Source: Nitrosopumilus sp. (lineage in GTDB: Archaea; Thermoproteota; Nitrososphaeria; Nitrososphaerales; Nitrosopumilaceae). Taken from it: a stretch of 64,000 bases of DNA. The notes below the pieces were generated by a model. It had not been told where the DNA came from. It did no database searches and saw only the letters and a program-made list of their open reading frames with translations. Shown here in pieces: positions 57,006-64,000 of this stretch. How positions within the stretch are numbered: the first letter of the stretch is position 1; each line of letters begins with the position of its first letter. A program made the position numbers and the translations under genes. The stretch lies in assembly GCA_965203315.1 (NCBI GenBank), contig OZ241857.1, positions 512,001 through 576,000 on the forward strand, read 5' to 3'.

Positions 57006-59297
57006 ATGGTTAAAACATATCTGGTGTTATCGCTGACAATATTGATGGTGATTCCATTTTTAGCACTAGATGTGTATGCACAAACACCAGTATCGACCAT
57101 AACTGCACCTTCTTTTGATAAACAGAACAAACCCATAGTGCTATACGCTGAATCTGATAATCGAGTAGTTCTTAATAGTATATCAGTTTCAGGCACGTTC
57201 TATGCTGCAAACCACGAAAATGGTCATATTACCATCCTTAGCAATACTGCAATAACAGGCTTGACATATGGTAGCGGAACCGATAAAGGTTGTAACAAAG
57301 CCACAGTTTCTACCATAGGTGGCACTCACTCTGTTTTGCGGGCCAAGATACCAATAGACCATACGGCAGCAATGGGCGTTAAAATTGAGCCCCATACTTG
57401 GGTTGCTTACCCAGAGCAATGTGATGATCCTATTGCTGTAACCTTTGATGATAAACTAGTACTCGACAAGGAGATATATGTACGCATTTATAACATTGTC
57501 AATCAAAATGTATTTTATTATGTAAATGGTGCAGATACAGTTGTACAGATACCAAAATGTACTAATTTTAACTTTAATTTTGCTGACAATACACTAAGAG
57601 GTGACACTGAAGCTTGTTATGGTAAAGATGGCCGAGCAACTATAATCGTATCCAAGGTACTAGCAATTTTTGGAACTACAACACAAGAGATTATTCCTAT
57701 TGAGACTATGCCTCCTCAGGAGAACTTTGAAGATATAGAGCCCAAGTTTACGGCATTTGGAATCATTCCACTTGGAGCAGGTAAAGGTGGAGAGATCCGT
57801 GTATATGATGATGCTCGATTTGGACCACCAAACAGCAAGGGTGACGTATTGATACAGGCCAATACAAAGGTAGAGCCTGCGACACTATTCGAAACGGATA
57901 TCGGGAAACCATGCATCACCGTGAACTTTAGAGATCCTTCCCTCTTACAAACTCCACCGACAGTCATACTGGGTGCAGACGCAATGGGGTTTGACTTGTC
58001 GACAACTGATGGTGCCACATATTTTTCATGTACTGTTGATCCCTCTACATTCAATGGATCTATACTTACAGACAAAGAGATGCGCATAACGCTATATCCA
58101 AATGCAACTACATATGACATAATTCCTTATTTCTTTTCACAACCACCAGGTAACTCTGCAACCAAACCAATACCCCCATGTAAGACGGGTACAAACATAG
58201 ACGCTCAACAGAATCTGATGGATGACACAGAGATGTGTTATGGCAAACACAACGATAATACTGTAATAATATCAAAGCGTATTGGCATATACAGCGCAAA
58301 TGCACCACTCGAACCTATTGCTCCAGATCCTACTCTCACAGTACCTGGCATCACTGACGAATCTCGAATCGCATACACTTATCGAGACTATTCTAACATG
58401 ATAAACACATCAACTCTTACTGTACAAGATGGAGATATTATGGAACAATATCTCTCAATGCCCAGGTGTGACAAAAAACGTGTTCAATTATCTTATACCG
58501 CATCCATGAACTCAAATCAAGACGTTGTCTTGAAGTTTTCAACATATAAAAAAGACTTTGATGGTAAAGCATTTGTAATTATAAAAAATGATGCTGGCAT
58601 CTCTTCTATCTCTCTGCCTTCTACCCTTGTAGAGCAGACTGGATTTTATAGATACTATAGTGTCACCATCTCAAATGATCTCTTGGGTGACAATAATGTC
58701 GTTCGTCTAATCCCGTTCCTTTATGAAACTAGTGACATCATACACAATAAACGAGTATACAGTACCAGCTCTAGTGGTTCTCCACTATACTACAACGTAG
58801 CTCCAAAATTCTTCAACATGTCAGATAATGGTCTGATCCAGATGCCAGACGCTGATAGCAGTGTGAACTTTGTACCTGGTAAAGTCCATAATGTAGATGG
58901 TACAGTGTACGTTCCTAAGGGTAATAATGTACAGTTGACCGGTGATGTATTGTGCCAATTTGCTGTCTTTAAATCCAAACAGGTGGCAAAGATCTTTGAC
59001 ATGAACATATTTGCAGAGAATGCTACATCTGGTCTACAATTTACATACACATTTGAGAAGAAGAAATTTGCATCTGGAGACGGTGCAGTCAAAACATCTC
59101 AACCAAGTATTATACATTGGATTGTAACCGACTCGGACAACAATGTAACACGTGGTAGTACTACCAATGTTGGTTCCACTCATGTATTTACAATTCCACT
59201 AGAGTCTGGTGACTATAATATTGTAATGTATGGCAAACGTGCAAGTGGTGGACTGATCGGCACACATGCCGATTCATACACATTCTCATCACAATAG
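57000..59297 (+). CDS. exported modular protein (C-A-B), paralog of 41378-44737
   Basis: signal peptide (..DVYA); shared modules; ATG 57006 is an alternative start. Confidence 0.85.
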   Translation: MSMVKTYLVLSLTILMVIPFLALDVYAQTPVSTITAPSFDKQNKPIVLYAESDNRVVLNSISVSGTFYAANHENGHITILSNTAITGLTYGSGTDKGCNKATVSTIGGTHSVLRAKIPIDHTAAMGVKIEPHTWVAYPEQCDDPIAVTFDDKLVLDKEIYVRIYNIVNQNVFYYVNGADTVVQIPKCTNFNFNFADNTLRGDTEACYGKDGRATIIVSKVLAIFGTTTQEIIPIETMPPQENFEDIEPKFTAFGIIPLGAGKGGEIRVYDDARFGPPNSKGDVLIQANTKVEPATLFETDIGKPCITVNFRDPSLLQTPPTVILGADAMGFDLSTTDGATYFSCTVDPSTFNGSILTDKEMRITLYPNATTYDIIPYFFSQPPGNSATKPIPPCKTGTNIDAQQNLMDDTEMCYGKHNDNTVIISKRIGIYSANAPLEPIAPDPTLTVPGITDESRIAYTYRDYSNMINTSTLTVQDGDIMEQYLSMPRCDKKRVQLSYTASMNSNQDVVLKFSTYKKDFDGKAFVIIKNDAGISSISLPSTLVEQTGFYRYYSVTISNDLLGDNNVVRLIPFLYETSDIIHNKRVYSTSSSGSPLYYNVAPKFFNMSDNGLIQMPDADSSVNFVPGKVHNVDGTVYVPKGNNVQLTGDVLCQFAVFKSKQVAKIFDMNIFAENATSGLQFTYTFEKKKFASGDGAVKTSQPSIIHWIVTDSDNNVTRGSTTNVGSTHVFTIPLESGDYNIVMYGKRASGGLIGTHADSYTFSSQ

Positions 59298-59566
59298 AAC
59301 CGCATAAACAATCATCTCGTGGTATGAGGATTCAACTTTGGAAACTATATCTTGGATGATCTGACAATTGTCCAATAAACGATACAACCCTAGTTCTCGA
59401 TCATAATAAAATACACAGACGCATGCGACAACGGTCTAGTTCATCACTAGTAATAATATTGAAATACAATAGGCGATTTTGATTCTCAATCTTGTGACCA
59501 ACATGATCGTTTACTAAAAAAAGGAAAGATTCTTGACAAATTGTTGGACATTATGCATGAGATCTA

Positions 59567-62500
59567 GTGCTGATGATCAATCAAAGAATTTATTTAATGT
59601 GTATCAAACCAATGTATGTGGTTTCTAGGAACGTCATAATTGGCATAGGGGTAGGACTTGCAATAATTGGTCTAGTCATTGCGATGGCAATATCGGGAGG
59701 CTCTAGAGACAACATTGAGAATGGGTCTACTCTGAAAGGCACGATCAAGATTGGCGTTCTCTTACCGATAACAGGTGTTCTTGAAGAGGAGAGTAAGGGA
59801 GCTGTCGCAGCTACAGAGCTTAGCATCAAAGACTTTAACGAATATCTAGAATCAATTGATGCGCAATGGAGGTTTGAGACAGTACTAGAAGACACCGAAG
59901 CCAATCCAGATGTAGCTAGAGAAAAGATCGAGTTGCTCTACTCTCAAGGCATTAATGTTGTAATTGGTCCTGCAACTAGCGCGGCAACTGCTGCCGTAAA
60001 GGACTTTGCCGATGACAATGATCTCTTGGTGGTATCTTGCTGTTCTTCAGCACACTCACTTGCAGTACAAGACGACAACATACTTCGTCTAGTTCCTAGT
60101 GATAAAGTTCAAGGTGCATCGTTAGTCCAAGTCATAGGTGAGCATAATATCGATGCAATAGTTCCAATATGGCGTGACGATGTGTGGGGCAATGATCTGA
60201 TAGACTTTACTAGAACTGCTTTTGAGGAGAGAGGCATAGTTGTCTCTGACGGTATAATATATGATCCATCAACTCCAAATCCATCCGAATCGATCTCTAT
60301 GTTGGCAGACGAAGTAACTAGATATTCAGAGAGATATGGTTCAACAAAGACTGCTGTAATATTTATGGGGTTTGATGAGGTAATAGAATTTGTAAGAGCA
60401 GCTACACAACACAGCGTTCTTTATGACGTGCCATGGTTTGGTACTACAGCTCTTACAAAGAATGTTGGACTCGTACAAGATCCAGATACATCCAAGTTTA
60501 TGAGTGATGTTCAATTTACAACGATCTCTATGGCCGAGTCACACAACTCGTTACATAACAAAGTAAGAGATCATATTATAGATAATGATGCTGGTACTCC
60601 AAGCATATTTGCATATGCGTCATATGATGTACCACAATTGATCGGTGAGGCCATTTTAGAGATCGAATCGACAGATACCAAAACTCTTCGAGATTCGATT
60701 ATTGCAAAGTCTAGTACATTTAGCGGTGCGATGGACACATCCACATTGAATTCAGCTGGTGATCTTGCAATGTCTGACTTTGAGGTATGGTCGATCATAG
60801 ACGGTGAATGGATACAGACAGGACAATACATGCACAAATCTGACTCTGTAGAGATGTCGACGTTTGTAAAGAGCGAACTAGATGGTTCTATACCCATAGG
60901 AGTTCTGGTTGCAACATCTGGAGACTTGTCATCCATAGGTGAGGAAGCAGAGAGTGCGATCAAATTTGCAGCTGATGACTTTAACAAACATCTAGCTGAA
61001 TTGGGTCAAGATTGGACTATGGACCTGGTCATCGAAGATACGCAGACAAATCCTGTAATTGCACTAGAAAAGACGACATCGTTCAATGCCAAAGGAATCA
61101 ACGTTATAGTGGGCCCAAGTACCAGTGCAGCCCTAAAAAATATCAAAGGATATGCAGACGCGAACAATCTTGTCTTGATCAGTTATAGCAGCACTGCACC
61201 CTCACTCGCACTTGCCAATGATAGCATATATCGAACAATACCAGACGACAAAAAACAAGGACCGGCAATTGCAAATCTATTGTACGAAAAAGGAGTTCGT
61301 GCTGCAGTAATTATGTATCGGGCCGATACGTGGGGTGACGGTCTACTGGATACCATAACTGAGAGTTTTACGTCTCTTGGTGGCATAGTCGGTAAACCCA
61401 TCAGATACAGTCCAACTAATCAAGAGTTTTCTGTATCTGTGTCTGTCTTGGCAGAAGAGGTACAAACACTAGTTGATGAGTATGGCACAGACGAGGTTGC
61501 CGTCGTTATAGTTGGTTTTGCTGAGACTCTACAGATAATCCAATCTGCTTCACAAGAGGATATTCTGGATGATGTATTGTGGTTTGGTACAGATGCAGTT
61601 GCAAATGATATCAGAATTACAAATGATCCTATCGGGCGCGAATTTGTCATCGCGACCGAATTTACTACGCTCCAATTTGCTTCATCGGATAATCCAACGA
61701 CTGCAATGGTACGAGATAAAGTACTGGCAGATATTGGACGTACACCTTCTGTGTACGCGTATACTGCATATGATGCAGTATGGCTTGCTGGTCTATCCAT
61801 ATTGGAATCGCAGAGCACCGAAACAGATGACATCACATCCACAATCATGTCTGTAGCTGATGATCGTATAGGCGCTGCTGGTCCAAACAAACTAAACGCT
61901 GCAGGTGATCTCGTTGCCGCAGATTATGATATCCTGACCACAGTTGATGGAGACTGGTCGACGATCGGCAGGTATAATTCTGCTGATTCGTCGATAGATT
62001 GGAACACCAGTGAATCTGCGGGATTGAGTGGCGAGATATCTATTGGAGTTCTCGCTTCAATATCTGGTGACACATCTTTCTTGGGTGAAGAAGTAGTGAG
62101 TTCGGTCAAATTGGCAAGAGATGACTTTAACAAGTATTTGGCCGAGTCTGATCAAGACTGGACTATGGACCTGGTCATCGAAGATACTCAGACAAATCCT
62201 GTAATTGCATTAGAAAAGACCACATCATTCAAGGGCAAAGGAATCAATGTTATAGTTGGCCCTGCCACCAGTGCTAGCGTCAAGAACGTAAAAGGATATA
62301 CAGATGCAAACAACATGCTGGTGATCAGTTATAGTAGTTCAGCTCCATCGCTCGCACTTGTTGATGATAGCATATACAGAACAGTAGCAGATGACCAAAA
62401 ACAAGGGCCTGCACTCGCAGCTGTGATGCGTGATCGAGGGATTGACGCAATAGTGATCATGTATAGGGCAGATGCATGGGGCGATGATCTACACGAGTCA

Positions 62501-63154
62501 ACGACTAGTAGTTTCAGATCTCTTGGCGGTATGGTCGATAAACCTATCCGATATGATCCAAAACTCCACGAGTTCTCTGTCTCTGTATCTGTCTTGGCAG
62601 ATGAGGTACAAACACTAGTAGACGAGTACGGCTCGGACAGAGTCGCAGTTGTATTGATGGGATTTATAGAGAGTTTACAGATTATGCAGTCTGCAGCACA
62701 AGAAGACATCCTGGATGATGTTCGATGGTTTGGAACAAATGCCAATACAAACATAGATCAGATCACAAATGATCTTATTGGAAGAGACTTTGCAACGGCG
62801 ACAAAGTTCACTTCACTCCAACTTGCACCCGATAACAACTCGGATACCAAAAGAGTGACCGACACCATTCTTCAAGATCTTGGGCGCACACCTACCGTAT
62901 ACGCGTATACTGCATATGATGCAGTGTGGCTTGCTGGTCTATCTATGCTGGAATCACAGAGTACAGAGACAGACGATATCAAGTCCGTGATCATGTCTGT
63001 AGCTGATGATCGTATAGGCGCAGTCGGTCCAAATAGATTAAATGCTGCAGGTGATCTTGCGACTGCAGATTATGATATCTGGACTGCAGTTGATGGAGAG
63101 TGGTCAATAATAGGTACATACCTCTCTGCAGACAAGTCTGTGACTTGGAAATAG
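59567..63154 (+). CDS. membrane-anchored protein with three tandem LivK/ANF-receptor-like binding domains
   Basis: three repeats of IGVL..EDT..NP..GP.TS..YAY..YD..LN.AGDL; likely start near 59612. Confidence 0.9.
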   Translation: MLMINQRIYLMCIKPMYVVSRNVIIGIGVGLAIIGLVIAMAISGGSRDNIENGSTLKGTIKIGVLLPITGVLEEESKGAVAATELSIKDFNEYLESIDAQWRFETVLEDTEANPDVAREKIELLYSQGINVVIGPATSAATAAVKDFADDNDLLVVSCCSSAHSLAVQDDNILRLVPSDKVQGASLVQVIGEHNIDAIVPIWRDDVWGNDLIDFTRTAFEERGIVVSDGIIYDPSTPNPSESISMLADEVTRYSERYGSTKTAVIFMGFDEVIEFVRAATQHSVLYDVPWFGTTALTKNVGLVQDPDTSKFMSDVQFTTISMAESHNSLHNKVRDHIIDNDAGTPSIFAYASYDVPQLIGEAILEIESTDTKTLRDSIIAKSSTFSGAMDTSTLNSAGDLAMSDFEVWSIIDGEWIQTGQYMHKSDSVEMSTFVKSELDGSIPIGVLVATSGDLSSIGEEAESAIKFAADDFNKHLAELGQDWTMDLVIEDTQTNPVIALEKTTSFNAKGINVIVGPSTSAALKNIKGYADANNLVLISYSSTAPSLALANDSIYRTIPDDKKQGPAIANLLYEKGVRAAVIMYRADTWGDGLLDTITESFTSLGGIVGKPIRYSPTNQEFSVSVSVLAEEVQTLVDEYGTDEVAVVIVGFAETLQIIQSASQEDILDDVLWFGTDAVANDIRITNDPIGREFVIATEFTTLQFASSDNPTTAMVRDKVLADIGRTPSVYAYTAYDAVWLAGLSILESQSTETDDITSTIMSVADDRIGAAGPNKLNAAGDLVAADYDILTTVDGDWSTIGRYNSADSSIDWNTSESAGLSGEISIGVLASISGDTSFLGEEVVSSVKLARDDFNKYLAESDQDWTMDLVIEDTQTNPVIALEKTTSFKGKGINVIVGPATSASVKNVKGYTDANNMLVISYSSSAPSLALVDDSIYRTVADDQKQGPALAAVMRDRGIDAIVIMYRADAWGDDLHESTTSSFRSLGGMVDKPIRYDPKLHEFSVSVSVLADEVQTLVDEYGSDRVAVVLMGFIESLQIMQSAAQEDILDDVRWFGTNANTNIDQITNDLIGRDFATATKFTSLQLAPDNNSDTKRVTDTILQDLGRTPTVYAYTAYDAVWLAGLSMLESQSTETDDIKSVIMSVADDRIGAVGPNRLNAAGDLATADYDIWTAVDGEWSIIGTYLSADKSVTWK

Positions 63155-63163
63155 ATGATTTCA

Positions 63164-64000
63164 GGTTCTTTTAACTTAACGGGGGATGACGTTGTTTTTG
63201 GTGTTTTTAATCAGCGAGTTGAGTGTTAAAATTTCATAACGACCTTGTTTTTCGATATCGTGTGTTATTTCATCTAATAAAAGTCGCACATGTGTTTTTG
63301 TAATTAAGATTTTTTACATATTGGTAGTAAAATATTTTTGAAATATTAGATTTATTCCGAAAGATCTATATATGGTATCGATTTTGAGGTAATTATGGAG
63401 CAAGAATTAATGCAGATAGAAAAAATCATTAGCGACAAGTACTCAATCAAAGCGAGAAGGAACAATCGCTATACAGTTAAATCCAAACAAGAGAATAAAA
63501 CGTATAAAATTAAAAAAGATAAATCTTGTTGGTGTTGTTCCTGCAATGGTATTAGAGTTCGAAAACATTTGTGCAAACATGTCTTGTTGGTTATTGAATT
63601 TTTAAAAAACCTGATAAAGAAAATTAAAATTAAACCTGCAGAGATTATTCGTTGCACGCATTGCAAATTAAGAAAATTTCGCAAAAATGGTATACGTCAT
63701 AACAAAAGCGGTGACGTTCAGAGGTATGAATGCCTAAAATGTAACAGAGAATTCTGTGGCAATGTAGGATTTGAGCGAGCTAGAGTTGATCCCAAATGGA
63801 TAACTTTGGCCATAGACTTGTATTTTTCAGGAATGTCTTTTGTCGCTATTGAACAGTGTTTTAAACGACAAGGATGTAAAGTGTCCTTTGTTTCCATATA
63901 CAAATGGGTCGTAAAATACACTAAACTAATACATGCATATTTGTCAAAGTTTTCACCAAAGGTTGGGATAAAATGGCACACAGATGAGATGTACGTCAAG
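63164..64000 (+). mobile_element. IS6-family element, left part
   Basis: GGTTCTTTTAACTTA end followed by transposase. Confidence 0.75.
63395..64000 (+). CDS. SWIM-IS6 transposase, runs off window (not in ORF track)
   Basis: CSC..CKH, CTHC, CLKC, SIYKWV, WHTDEMYVK. Confidence 0.88.
   Translation, partial: MEQELMQIEKIISDKYSIKARRNNRYTVKSKQENKTYKIKKDKSCWCCSCNGIRVRKHLCKHVLLVIEFLKNLIKKIKIKPAEIIRCTHCKLRKFRKNGIRHNKSGDVQRYECLKCNREFCGNVGFERARVDPKWITLAIDLYFSGMSFVAIEQCFKRQGCKVSFVSIYKWVVKYTKLIHAYLSKFSPKVGIKWHTDEMYVK

Noticed and set aside
41378-63154. diversity-generating retroelement acting on the surface proteins
   Set aside because: No reverse transcriptase and no adenine-specific template/variable repeat pair seen
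1-64000. short antisense ORFs; tRNA or rRNA genes
   Set aside because: Antisense ORFs are shadows of supported genes; no RNA gene recognised by eye

Overview
Low-GC archaeal DNA that looks like Nitrosopumilaceae (Thaumarchaeota): proteasome alpha, ESCRT-III/CdvB paralog, DUF371, TATA boxes close to start codons. Serpin, TPR proteins, a triple LivK protein, large exported modular proteins and heavy IS/MITE load suggest a host-associated, possibly sponge-symbiont, lineage (inference). Housekeeping blocks (Hcy methyltransferase, MFS, sulfonate/nitrate ABC, ilvD, msrA, hemL-like, ccdA/DipZ-like, psmA) alternate with AT-rich islands. The islands hold defence genes (MmeI-like RM, PmeII-like RM, AAA+TOPRIM-like pair, TIR, TdeIII-like RM), three of them split by IS insertions, plus IS5, ISH3, IS6, IS481 and IS630 elements and at least three nested MITE families. 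Most notable: two paralogous, module-permuted exported proteins each carry a G11 tract between TATA box and start codon (candidate phase variation). SWIM-IS6 ends also flank defence cargo. All family calls are from motif recognition, not database searches.
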